Assembly (NCBI GenBank): GCA_963803975.1
Contig: CAWDOY010000001.1
Location: 96,001-160,000 of the forward strand
Source of the DNA: an uncultured delta proteobacterium
GTDB taxonomy: Bacteria > Desulfobacterota > WTBG01 > CAIYCZ01
DNA: 64,000 nt
Reading direction: 5' to 3'
Below, piece by piece: positions 11,475 to 20,850 of the stretch (position 1 is its first letter; each line of letters opens with the position of its first letter). The notes beneath the pieces were generated by a model. It saw only the letters and a list, made by a program, of their open reading frames with translations. It ran no database searches and was not told where the DNA came from. A program made the translations under genes and the position numbers.

Positions 11475-12614
11475 TCAACGGGGTTCTCGCATAGTAAAAT
11501 TATCAAAGGAAATAGTGATATTAATCAAGCACTCCTTATTCAATTCGCTGATTTGAAATATAAGAGGAACCTTAATGGATGTTGCGCTTTCTTTTTGCGG
11601 CTGCCCACAGGCAATTATTTTAAACTGAGCCTCCTGCTCCGGCTCTATTTCAGCTGAGATCGTCAGCGACTGTATGGAGGCCGCAGCGCTGCCGGCTGCC
11701 AGCAGGGTTCCGGAATCAGGCGTTGCAGCATCTTGTGTAAGATTGAACGGCCCCTGCGGTACTTCATCGCCTGCCGGGATTATATCTGCAACCGTGGATG
11801 GCGGTCCGGCGGGCAGGTGCAGGGTCGCCGGCTGTTCAGGAGGAGAGGACATCTTAAACGGAATCGTTTCGGGCGGTTCTGCGCTGAGTGGCTCATCGGC
11901 AATGGCTTCGCTGCTGATCCGTATAACCGGACCAGTTCCTGCCGCCGCTTCTTCCTGCTGCTGCAATACCGAAGCAGCATACGGGGCAGGTTCTTTGAAT
12001 ATTCTTATGAGCGGCCCTTCTTTTTTTACTGAGCTCTCATCAAGCTGTTTTAAAATCAGTTTGCAGCAGGCGGTGAGTGTTTCCAGAACGCCGGGACCTT
12101 GAACAGCACTGGCCTCAAAAAAAGGGAACTGCAGCTTATTGAGGGCGGTATTAATCTCATCCACGGGCATGATATCGGGTAAATCCCGCTTATTATACTG
12201 TATAACAACAGGCGTAGAGAGTATGTTCTTTTTATAGAATTTAAGATTTTCTTCCAGGTCTTTGAAACTCTCAAGATTTGCTTCCATTTTGTCTTTTTGT
12301 GAGTCAGCAACAAACACCACTCCGTCAACATTGGTTAACACCGCTCTTCTGGTTAATGCATAATATACCTGCCCCGGGACCGTATAGATGTGAAATCGAG
12401 TTTTAAACCCCTTGACGTTACCAAGCTCTATAGGGAGAAAATCAAAAAACAGGGTTCTGTCATCTTTGGTGGCCAATGAAACCATTTCCCCGCGCTGATG
12501 AGGAGCGAGTTTTTCATGGATGGTCTGTACATTGGTCGTCTTGCCACATAAGGAAGGACCACAGTAGACAATCTTGATGTTGATCTCTTTTTTTGCGCTA
12601 TTAAAAACAGCCAT
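11475..12614 (-). CDS. mglA: MglA-family small GTPase with a ~190-aa C-terminal extension
   Basis: KEINIKIVYCGPSLCGKTTN, DRTLFFDFLP, YTVPGQVYY, VDGVVFVADSQ, QYNKRD, FEASA. Confidence 0.9.
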   Translation of the reverse strand: MAVFNSAKKEINIKIVYCGPSLCGKTTNVQTIHEKLAPHQRGEMVSLATKDDRTLFFDFLPIELGNVKGFKTRFHIYTVPGQVYYALTRRAVLTNVDGVVFVADSQKDKMEANLESFKDLEENLKFYKKNILSTPVVIQYNKRDLPDIMPVDEINTALNKLQFPFFEASAVQGPGVLETLTACCKLILKQLDESSVKKEGPLIRIFKEPAPYAASVLQQQEEAAAGTGPVIRISSEAIADEPLSAEPPETIPFKMSSPPEQPATLHLPAGPPSTVADIIPAGDEVPQGPFNLTQDAATPDSGTLLAAGSAAASIQSLTISAEIEPEQEAQFKIIACGQPQKESATSIKVPLIFQISELNKECLINITISFDNFTMREPR

Positions 12615-12655
12615 ATCGAGCACCTGCCCTTGCGATTAATTACGGCATATCTTTA

Positions 12656-13675
12656 TCAAGGCTTTTCTTTATTTGTATGCTTTTTAAAAAATCCAAAAAG
12701 ACCGCCTTTGCCGCCCTTTGCTTTTCGCACATCTTTCAACTCATCGCGCAGGCTCTTTATTTCATCTTCTGTCAGAAAATCAAGGGCAAGGGCCTGGTTG
12801 ATGTATGCTTCTGCTTTCTCCAGATTATTCAGGGCCTGGCAGCAGTGAGCCAGCTGCAGGTAGCTGTGAGCGACTTTCTGCTTATGCTCTATGGCCTTTT
12901 CAAATTCTTTCATGGCTTCTTCCAACGCGCCCAGGCGCTGCTGTGCCATGCCCAGCTCATAATGTAAATCAGGGGCTGCTTCATCAGGCGCTGCTTCCGC
13001 TTCCGTCTTAATCTGGGTGAAAATGTCATCATAGGGCTGCTGCTGTGCAGGTGCGTCGCGGTCCTGTTCTGCCGGGGCTGATACATGTATTGAGCTGTCA
13101 CTCTCCAGAGCAGCCTCAAGATCAAAAAAAACTGATGATGGCTTTTCTTCCAGCGGCTTTGTAACCGGTTGCTGCGTTTCAGCACCTTCAGGTTCCGTAT
13201 CAGAGCGGATTCCTGCGCTCTCATAAAACCTGGCTACTTTTTGCCTGAACTGCTCATTTGACGGGTCTATTTCAAGAATTTTCTGGAGCACTTCAGCGGC
13301 CTTATTGCTAAAACCGTTCTGATGATAGTAGACAGCTAATTTTCCCAGCGTGGCAACAGCATCTCCCTTAAACCCGCTTTTCTGATGAATGTCCGCCAGG
13401 GTGGTATATACGGCTGTCTGGCCAGGATCAAGTGCCAGGATGTGATTGTAGATTGAAATTGCGATCTGAAAAAGCTTTTTCTTCTTATAGGTGTCGGCAG
13501 CATACAGATATTCACTGATGGCTTTATCCTTGTTATTCGTCTTAAAATAAAGCTCAGCAATTTTTATGTGAATACGTATGTCATCCGGATTTTTTGCAGC
13601 AGCATCCAGATACGCAGCCAAGGCTTTTTCAAAAGCTTTTTGGGGAGATATTTCTCTGGCAAACGGTACTTTCAT
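12656..13675 (-). CDS. TPR protein resembling a compact SgmX/Bd2492-like polarity scaffold
   Basis: N-terminal TPRs, acidic linker with FFDLEAAL and DDIFTQIK, C-terminal TPRs starting HYELGMA...EAMKEFEKA. Confidence 0.7.
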   Translation of the reverse strand: MKVPFAREISPQKAFEKALAAYLDAAAKNPDDIRIHIKIAELYFKTNNKDKAISEYLYAADTYKKKKLFQIAISIYNHILALDPGQTAVYTTLADIHQKSGFKGDAVATLGKLAVYYHQNGFSNKAAEVLQKILEIDPSNEQFRQKVARFYESAGIRSDTEPEGAETQQPVTKPLEEKPSSVFFDLEAALESDSSIHVSAPAEQDRDAPAQQQPYDDIFTQIKTEAEAAPDEAAPDLHYELGMAQQRLGALEEAMKEFEKAIEHKQKVAHSYLQLAHCCQALNNLEKAEAYINQALALDFLTEDEIKSLRDELKDVRKAKGGKGGLFGFFKKHTNKEKP

Positions 13676-13784
13676 AAACAGCGTCTAATGACTGGTTTTA
13701 TGCCTAAAATTCCCGGCACCGATCCCGGATACTTTGCAGTTACGGGATGGGAGGGGAGCTTCTCTTGCTGCGTACCATACAGCC

Positions 13785-13944
13785 GCAGTTTTGACAAAGT
13801 CGTAAAAAGTCCCCTGCTGTCATTGCGAGGAGGAGTGAAACGACGAAGCAGTCTCATGGAATGTCAGAAAGCGGTGAGATTGCCGCGCTTTGCTCGCAAT
13901 GACAAATTGTTCGTTTTACGACTTTTTACGACGTCAGCAGTTTT
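13785..13944. mobile_element. ~150-bp MITE/REP-like element, family A, copy 1
   Basis: Perfect IR GTCGTAAAAAGTC (13799-13811)/GACTTTTTACGAC (13920-13932). Inner IR TGTCATTGCGAG/CTCGCAATGACA. Direct repeat GCAGTTTT at both ends. Confidence 0.8.
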
Positions 13945-14443
13945 AATTTAAAAATTTACTATCTATTCATCGGCAGCGCCAATAAAAAGATAATTAAAAT
14001 AAAGTCAATTAAATGAGTTAAAGCTGCCCAGGGCGCCGTATAGCGGCAAAAAAATCTGTTTAATAATAAATGCAGCAGCAGGTTCTTCTGCTTCACTCAA
14101 TCAAACATATTGACCTTACCAGCTTTTTTCGTTATTCTTTGTGTCATAATATCACAAATGAATTAAAATTTATAGCAAATCCATTTGAAAAAGGGAAACT
14201 TTTTCACCGGGCTATTCTGTTTCGCTGTCATAAGCATAGATACTGCCCTATAATTTGTTGGTACTTAGTGCTTCGATTCGCAAATACGGTGACGTATGGG
14301 ATCCAAAGAAATGCCATGCAATGCTCACTCAGCCCTTCGAAAAGAAATTTCCGCGGGGAAATTGATCGATAAAATTCGACACAAGTGCCTTACCTGAGGG
14401 AAGGGAAACAGATACAACATTACATAAACGGGGATCATGGGCA

Positions 14444-15079
14444 ATGAACAAACAGCGACACTATCTGCGGGTTACCTTGTTGAAAACAGTACTGTCAGTT
14501 CTTATATTGTCATGCGTGTGCGGGTGTATGTTTTTTCGGCAACCCAAACGCCAGGACGTGAATAAAGCGTTTAATGAGTTTAAAAAGCAGGACCGGGCCG
14601 CACTGGATGAAGCGCCGCAACTGCTTATAGCTGATTACCGTGATATGAAAGAAGATGACCTCGTAGCATGGGTGTGGTGGATGCCTGGTTTTGAATTAGG
14701 GCTTTGCCGGTCATTTGAAATTGATCCGGTGATCAACAACAGCACTTTTTCATATCCCTGGGCTGAAGCAAAAGTCGCCCAGGGATTACAAAAGATATTC
14801 AATGCCAGCGTTAATAAAGGTCAGGGGACGATAAACGCTGAAGTCAAATGTGCCATTGTTGACATGAGGCCGCGCAAGAAGCTCACCAGCAGGCTGCTCC
14901 CCTTTGAGGAGGATTTTGTTTATATTGAGATGCAGCTCGTTATACTTGACAAAAGCTCAAAGGAAATTCTGTGCAAACTAATCCATGGTAAAAGAACCGA
15001 GGATTTCAAAACTGCCGTCGATGGCATGATGAAAGATGTAGAACAGTACTTTGCAAAAAGTAAGCTGCAGAAACAGTAA
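14444..15079 (+). CDS. Hypothetical lipoprotein
   Basis: 211-aa ORF with basic N-terminus, hydrophobic stretch and VCGC lipobox-like motif. Confidence 0.7.
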   Translation: MNKQRHYLRVTLLKTVLSVLILSCVCGCMFFRQPKRQDVNKAFNEFKKQDRAALDEAPQLLIADYRDMKEDDLVAWVWWMPGFELGLCRSFEIDPVINNSTFSYPWAEAKVAQGLQKIFNASVNKGQGTINAEVKCAIVDMRPRKKLTSRLLPFEEDFVYIEMQLVILDKSSKEILCKLIHGKRTEDFKTAVDGMMKDVEQYFAKSKLQKQ

Positions 15080-15107
15080 CTATACCGCAGGAAACCTGAG
15101 CCGGGTT

Positions 15108-15755
15108 ATGCTTACCAAAAGGAGCTTTAAAAACAGTATCTATTTGACCATTCGTCTTGTTTTTAAAGGATTAGCGAAAGTTTTTTTAAAATTTGAGGTG
15201 AGAGGGGCTGAACACATCCCCCGTACCGGGGCCGCAATCATTGCCTCAAACCATGCCAGCTACCTTGACCCGCCCCTGATCGGCATGGCGATACCGCGCC
15301 CTATTTTTTATTTTGCCAAAGAAGAACTGTTCCGCACTTTTTTTGGTACTGCCATAAGAATTGTTAATGCCATTCCGGTCAACCGGGATCAGCTTGACCG
15401 GAAAACCCTGCGGATTGTTTTAGCGGTATTGGCACGGGGGGAGATGATACTCATGTTCCCCGAAGGAACGCGCACGGAGACCGGCGATTTACAGGCGGGC
15501 AAGCCCGGCACCGGCTTCATAGCCTATCACGCAAAAGTCCCGGTCATTCCTGCCTGCATCAGGGGGAGTTTTGAAATACTGCCGCGGGGCGGAAAGTTTT
15601 TTCATTTCAGAAAATGCACGGTGACCTTTGGCCCTCCCGTTGAGCTTGATCAGTTTTATGCTGCGGCACGGACAAAAGATATGTATGAGCGCATGAGCCA
15701 GGAAATCATGCGAAGTATTGCACAATTGAGAGGCTTACATGGGCATCCAGGTTAA
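15108..15755 (+). CDS. plsC: 1-acyl-sn-glycerol-3-phosphate acyltransferase
   Basis: ASNHASYLDPP (HX4D), FAKEELF, MFPEGTRT, KPGTG. Confidence 0.92.
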   Translation: MLTKRSFKNSIYLTIRLVFKGLAKVFLKFEVRGAEHIPRTGAAIIASNHASYLDPPLIGMAIPRPIFYFAKEELFRTFFGTAIRIVNAIPVNRDQLDRKTLRIVLAVLARGEMILMFPEGTRTETGDLQAGKPGTGFIAYHAKVPVIPACIRGSFEILPRGGKFFHFRKCTVTFGPPVELDQFYAAARTKDMYERMSQEIMRSIAQLRGLHGHPG

Positions 15756-16410
15756 GATCTGCGGGATTACCCGCGTCGAGGATGCCCTGGCTGCAGGAGA
15801 AGCAGGCGCAGACTTTATCGGGGTTATCGTTGAAATTGGCGGCTCTCCCCGCTCGGTTTCACCCGCAACAGCCCAGCGCATAATCGCAGCGTCACGTGCG
15901 CCGGTGGTGGTGCTGCTGGAAAAATCGCCGGCTGAAATAGAAAAAATTGCGGACAGCTTGCAGCCCTACGCGGTGCAGCTGATAGGAGCGGCAGCGCCCG
16001 GCATGGTAGAGAAGCTTGCCTCGCGTATTAGTGCCCGGATCTGGAAGACGGTGCAGGTGCCGCAGCGAGGGGCAGAGGACGCGCACCTGGCTGAGTTACA
16101 GACAGTAATTGAGCAGTACCACGCTGCAGGCGTCGAGGTGGTGGTGCTTGATACCCTGGTAAAACTGCCGGATAGACAATACAAGGGCGGCACCGGGCAG
16201 GTGTGCGACTGGGAAACCGCACAGCGGCTGGTGGCTCAATCGTTGCTGCCGCTTTTTTTGGCAGGCGGAATAACCCCGTCCAATGCGCGTGAGGCAATCA
16301 CGTCGGTGCATCCTGCTGGTATAGATTTATCAAGTGGTGTTGAAACATCACCGGGCAGGAAAGACCCGCACAAGATATTGGAATTGATGGGCATTGTGCG
16401 CACTATTTAA
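15739..16410 (+). CDS. trpF: Phosphoribosylanthranilate isomerase family protein
   Basis: VKICGITR, AGADFIG, GGTGQVCDW, FLAGGITPSN, GIDLSSGVE. Confidence 0.85.
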   Translation: MGIQVKICGITRVEDALAAGEAGADFIGVIVEIGGSPRSVSPATAQRIIAASRAPVVVLLEKSPAEIEKIADSLQPYAVQLIGAAAPGMVEKLASRISARIWKTVQVPQRGAEDAHLAELQTVIEQYHAAGVEVVVLDTLVKLPDRQYKGGTGQVCDWETAQRLVAQSLLPLFLAGGITPSNAREAITSVHPAGIDLSSGVETSPGRKDPHKILELMGIVRTI

Positions 16411-16442
16411 TATACTATTAGGACTATAGACAGGAGCTGCAG

Positions 16443-19373
16443 GTGTTTGGAACATTGCTGAAAAAAGTATTTGGTAGCGATAACGAGCGGGAGCTGAAAA
16501 AACTCGGGCCGCTGGTGCAGGATGTCAATGAGCGTGAGCCGGAACTCAGAAAAAAATCGGATGATGAGCTGCGCGCCATGACCAGCGTGTTCCGCGAGCG
16601 GCTTGGCCGCGGTGAAGCGCTGGACGACATTCTAGCCGAAGCATTTGCCACCGTGCGGGAGGTTGCCCGGCGCGTGCTTGACATGCGGCACTTTGATGTC
16701 CAGATTATCGGCGGCATCGTTCTGCATCAGGGAAAAATTGCTGAAATGGCGACCGGCGAAGGGAAAACCCTGGTTGCCACGCTGCCAGCCTATCTTAACG
16801 GATTAACCGGGCGCGGCGTGCATATCGTCACCGTGAATGACTACCTGGCCAAACGTGACCGGGACTGGATGGGGAAAATTTATGAATTCCTTGGCCTGAC
16901 GGTCGGTGTCGTACACCATGACATTACTCAGGAAGAACGGCAGCAGGCGTATGCCGCTGATATCACCTACGGCACCAATACTGAATTCGGGTTTGATTAT
17001 CTGCGCGATAATATGGCCGTTACTTTTGAAGGGCAGGTGCAGCGCAAGCACTACTATGCAATTGTCGATGAAGTTGACAGCATCCTCGTTGATGAGGCGC
17101 GCACGCCGCTTATCATTTCCGGGCCTATCGAGCGGTCTGAGCGCCATCACTTCGGCGAGCTGAAGCCGCACGTTGAGCGGCTTATGCAGGGCCAGAGCCG
17201 CCTGATGAGCCAGCTTCTCACCGAAGCGGAAAAGCTCGCGGAGGAGGGCAAGGAATACGAGGCGGGGGTTAAACTGCTCCAGGTGAAGCGGGGCTCGCCC
17301 AAGAACAAGCGCTTCCTGAAAATGATCAAAGACGGGAAGCTGAAAAAGGTGATCGACGGCATCGAGCTCGATTACATCCGCGACAAGCGCCTGGGAGAGC
17401 TCGATGAGGAGCTCTACTTCAGCATCGATGAAAAGTCAAACATTATTGACCTCGCCGATAAGGGGCGCCAGCTTCTTTCTCCCAATGATCCGGATTTTTT
17501 TATCCTGCCTGACCTGAGCATGGCCGATGATCAGAGCCTGCCCGACGAAGAGCGCAAACAAAAGCTGACGAAACTGGAGCGGCAGTTTTCCGAGACCAGC
17601 GAAAAGATCCAGACCATAACCCAGCTGTTAAAGGCCTATTCGCTCTTTGAAAAGGACGTGAACTACGTGGTGCATGAGGGCCAGGTGCAGATCGTGGATG
17701 AGTTTACCGGCCGGCTCCTTCCCGGCCGGCGCTACAGCGATGGCCTGCATCAGGCGATTGAGGCCAAGGAGGGGGTGAAGATTGAGGGCGAAACCCAGAC
17801 CTTTGCCACCATCACCATCCAGAACTATTTCCGCATGTATGAAAAGCTCGCCGGCATGACCGGTACTGCCGAAACAGAAGCGCCGGAATTTTTCAAAATT
17901 TATAAGCTGAACGTAGCTGTTATCCCCACCAATGAAGCGGTGCGGCGGGTTGATTACACTGATATGGTGTATAAGACCAAAAAGGAGAAATATAAGGCGG
18001 CCATCAGGGAAATAGTGGACATGAATGCAATGGGGCGGCCCGTGCTGGTGGGGACCGTTTCCGTAGAAACATCAGAGCTTTTGAGCAGGATGCTGCCGCG
18101 GAATATAAAACATTCAGTGCTCAATGCCAAGCGCCACAAGGAGGAGGCCGAGATCGTTGCCAATGCCGGACAGCCGGGCGCGGTCACCATAGCCACCAAT
18201 ATGGCAGGCCGCGGAACCGACATCAAGCTCGGGCCGGGTGTGGTCAAATGTGCCGCCATGTGCTGTATCATCTGTGACCGGGAGCGGGCCGAAGGATGCA
18301 AAAACTGCCCTGACCCGCAGAAGCAGGGAAAGAAAAAGACCGAGTGTTTCACCAATGTTCCCTGCGGCCTCCATATCATAGGAACCGAGCGCCACGAGGC
18401 GCGCCGCATTGACCGCCAGTTGAGAGGCCGCAGCGGCCGTCAGGGGGATCCGGGCTCGTCACGGTTTTATATGTCCCTGGAGGATGACCTGCTGAGAATC
18501 TTCGGCGGCGAGCGCATCTCAAATATTATGGACCGCTTCGGCATGGAGGAAGATCAGCCCATAGAGCACCCCCTTATTACCCGGGCGATAGAGAACGCCC
18601 AGGCGCGGGTTGAGGGGCACAACTTTGATATCCGCAAGCACCTCCTCGAGTATGACAATGTCATGAACAAGCAGCGGGAGATCATTTATGAGCTGCGCAA
18701 CCGGGCGCTGCGTGACGAGAGCCTGGAAGACCTGGTCACGGAATATACGGAAGAGTTTGCCGCGGGCATTGTGGACACCTTCTACAGCAAGGACATTCAC
18801 CCTGAGGACATGGATGTAAGAGGCTTTAAGGAAGCGGTATTCAGGCAGTTTTCGCTTCCCCTGTGGCAATCGGCAGATGACATCAGAAAGCTGCAGGGTG
18901 ATGATGCCGAGCAGCTCGTTATTGATGAGGCGAAAAAGCTGTATCTGAAAAAGGCCGAAGAATTTACCCCGGAGATGCTGCACCGGCTGGAAAAATGGAT
19001 TTACCTGCGGGTCTTAGATGAGCGCTGGAAAGAGCACCTCCTGGACCTGGACCATGTAAAGGAAGGCGTCGGGCTCAGGGGCTATGCCCAGCAGGACCCG
19101 CTTCGCGAGTATCAGAAGGAGGCATACGACCTTTTTACCGGGCTGGTGGACCGGATTAAGGGAGAGTTTATTGAAAAGCTCTACATGGTGCAGCTGGCAA
19201 AAGAAGAAGAGGTGCGCGTCCCGGAGCAGCGGCCGCAGCAGTTTGTGCTCAACCGGGGCGAGGAGGACGTGAAGGGCAAGACCGTGACACGTGACGCGAA
19301 GAAGGTCGGCAGAAACGACCCCTGCCCGTGCGGCAGCGGCAAGAAATATAAGAAATGCTGCGGGGCAAAGTAG
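16443..19373 (+). CDS. secA: Preprotein translocase ATPase SecA
   Basis: EMATGEGKTL, DEVDSILVDEARTPLIISG, ATNMAGRGTDI, QLRGRSGRQGDPG, C-terminal SEC-C GRNDPCPCGSGKKYKKCCG. Confidence 0.99.
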   Translation: MFGTLLKKVFGSDNERELKKLGPLVQDVNEREPELRKKSDDELRAMTSVFRERLGRGEALDDILAEAFATVREVARRVLDMRHFDVQIIGGIVLHQGKIAEMATGEGKTLVATLPAYLNGLTGRGVHIVTVNDYLAKRDRDWMGKIYEFLGLTVGVVHHDITQEERQQAYAADITYGTNTEFGFDYLRDNMAVTFEGQVQRKHYYAIVDEVDSILVDEARTPLIISGPIERSERHHFGELKPHVERLMQGQSRLMSQLLTEAEKLAEEGKEYEAGVKLLQVKRGSPKNKRFLKMIKDGKLKKVIDGIELDYIRDKRLGELDEELYFSIDEKSNIIDLADKGRQLLSPNDPDFFILPDLSMADDQSLPDEERKQKLTKLERQFSETSEKIQTITQLLKAYSLFEKDVNYVVHEGQVQIVDEFTGRLLPGRRYSDGLHQAIEAKEGVKIEGETQTFATITIQNYFRMYEKLAGMTGTAETEAPEFFKIYKLNVAVIPTNEAVRRVDYTDMVYKTKKEKYKAAIREIVDMNAMGRPVLVGTVSVETSELLSRMLPRNIKHSVLNAKRHKEEAEIVANAGQPGAVTIATNMAGRGTDIKLGPGVVKCAAMCCIICDRERAEGCKNCPDPQKQGKKKTECFTNVPCGLHIIGTERHEARRIDRQLRGRSGRQGDPGSSRFYMSLEDDLLRIFGGERISNIMDRFGMEEDQPIEHPLITRAIENAQARVEGHNFDIRKHLLEYDNVMNKQREIIYELRNRALRDESLEDLVTEYTEEFAAGIVDTFYSKDIHPEDMDVRGFKEAVFRQFSLPLWQSADDIRKLQGDDAEQLVIDEAKKLYLKKAEEFTPEMLHRLEKWIYLRVLDERWKEHLLDLDHVKEGVGLRGYAQQDPLREYQKEAYDLFTGLVDRIKGEFIEKLYMVQLAKEEEVRVPEQRPQQFVLNRGEEDVKGKTVTRDAKKVGRNDPCPCGSGKKYKKCCGAK

Positions 19374-19434
19374 CGCTGCATCTTACCGCCTCTTTGCCGG
19401 GCAAATGTATCTGAAAAGAATAATTAAACTCCGG

Positions 19435-19465
19435 GAAGCCCCGCCTTTTAGGCGGGGAGCTTCAC
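19435..19465. repeat. GC-rich palindrome downstream of secA, resembling an IS200/IS605 end hairpin
   Basis: GAAGCCCCGCC-TTTTA-GGCGGGGAGCTTCAC hairpin. No U-tract follows it. Confidence 0.5.
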
Positions 19466-19561
19466 TAATATAATCCTCCCAAACGTAGAATTAGTATAAA
19501 AAACAATGTTAGACGGGCCAAGGCAACGAAACCATACATTATTTTTCAGGAGGGACATTCT

Positions 19562-19855
19562 TTGAGTGAGCATAGAGGAGGAGGGAAGTTTGGGAAAGTG
19601 CAAAATTCCTGGCCGTTCGTGAAGTTGACGATAAACGAAGATGGCATTTCGATGAGAACCATCATCCAAGAGGTTCAGCTGAAGCGTGAATCCATCCGGG
19701 CGATCATTCTACATAGAGGTTTTCTCAACAGTCGCTTTGTCTTCAAACATGACGACTCTACGATCAAGCAAGAACTCGAATTTTGGACGTTTTCGCCTGA
19801 TTCAATAGCAAACGCTCTAAAATCACAAGGGTATTCCATTTCAGAAGGAGAATAA
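19562..19855 (+). CDS. Small hypothetical protein
   Basis: 97-aa ORF with a plausible beta-rich composition in a low-GC patch. Start is uncertain. Confidence 0.4.
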   Translation: MSEHRGGGKFGKVQNSWPFVKLTINEDGISMRTIIQEVQLKRESIRAIILHRGFLNSRFVFKHDDSTIKQELEFWTFSPDSIANALKSQGYSISEGE

Positions 19856-20850
19856 GACAGTTCCGCCTAACAAGACGTTACGATATATAGTGCTTACATC
19901 TAAAATCAAAAAGTAATGCTATCTGCTATCATTTTATTCCTGCCACTTACGCTTTGCAAAAGAAGTATGCAATGAATTTAAGCTGCTAAACTACTCTCTC
20001 TGCTGATACATAAGCTGCACTTTCCTGCCTGTAATACACACCACAAGATGTTGATTTTTGTCCGGACAACACGTGTCCATATCTTACGACGGATTCTTTA
20101 TTGTCGTACAATCTCTCCACTACTATACTTCCATCATCCGAAAGCGAGTCTCTATCAATAAATAATTCATTGGTCACAAAGAACCACTGATAATGTTTTG
20201 TGCTGTTTGTTTGGTCAATCAAAGCCAATAGTTGTGCTGATTATTTTACATGTATACATTAATTTTGCCACGACATAACTTTCAAGTTTTAAATTTACTT
20301 CGCAATTTTTTATATTTTCAGAAATCGCAGTCATTATTTAATTTTGGTATCTAACTTGAATAAACTTATTTTCAAAATGCACCTTATTTAAAAACCCATT
20401 CATAACGCCGGGGCATCCCATGGTTTGGGATAAGAAGAGGGTGACACCGATGAGTATTTGGGGATACTTATCAAGACAAGTGAATATAGTTTTTAGTGAA
20501 GAATACAAGAGACCGTCTTCAGGTTGCATAATAGACCTGCAGGCGGTTTTCTGTTTAAAGGGGGAGACAGAAGAAAAGAAACAGCATCGCATCCAGAAAC
20601 GCCAAGAGTCCAGTCAATTCAGTTAATCAACAGGCAATAGACGCCTTTCAGATAAATTCCGGACTACCGCCTTTCCATCAACCTCCGACACTTGATATTG
20701 AATTTCACCGTCAGTATGATTGAGACTGAGCAATAATGACAGCTCATGAAAATAAGAATGACTCGGCAGGCCATAGCGACAATTATCCCGTGTCGAGCCC
20801 TATGCTCCAATAACGGAGACTGCATACATATAAAAAAGGAGGGGTTGTTT

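Noticed and set aside
13568..14372. Short ORFs 13568-13951, 13672-13857 and 14070-14372 as genes
   Set aside because: They overlap the MITE or AT-rich promoter DNA and have no RBS or recognisable motifs.
14160..14440. Possible c-di-GMP-I riboswitch in the TPR/lipoprotein intergenic region
   Set aside because: Only a vague GCAAA...GAAA resemblance. The second stem and conserved core are not found.
18249..18365. SecA insert as an intein
   Set aside because: It is only 39 aa and has no His-Asn C-terminal splice motif or intein blocks.
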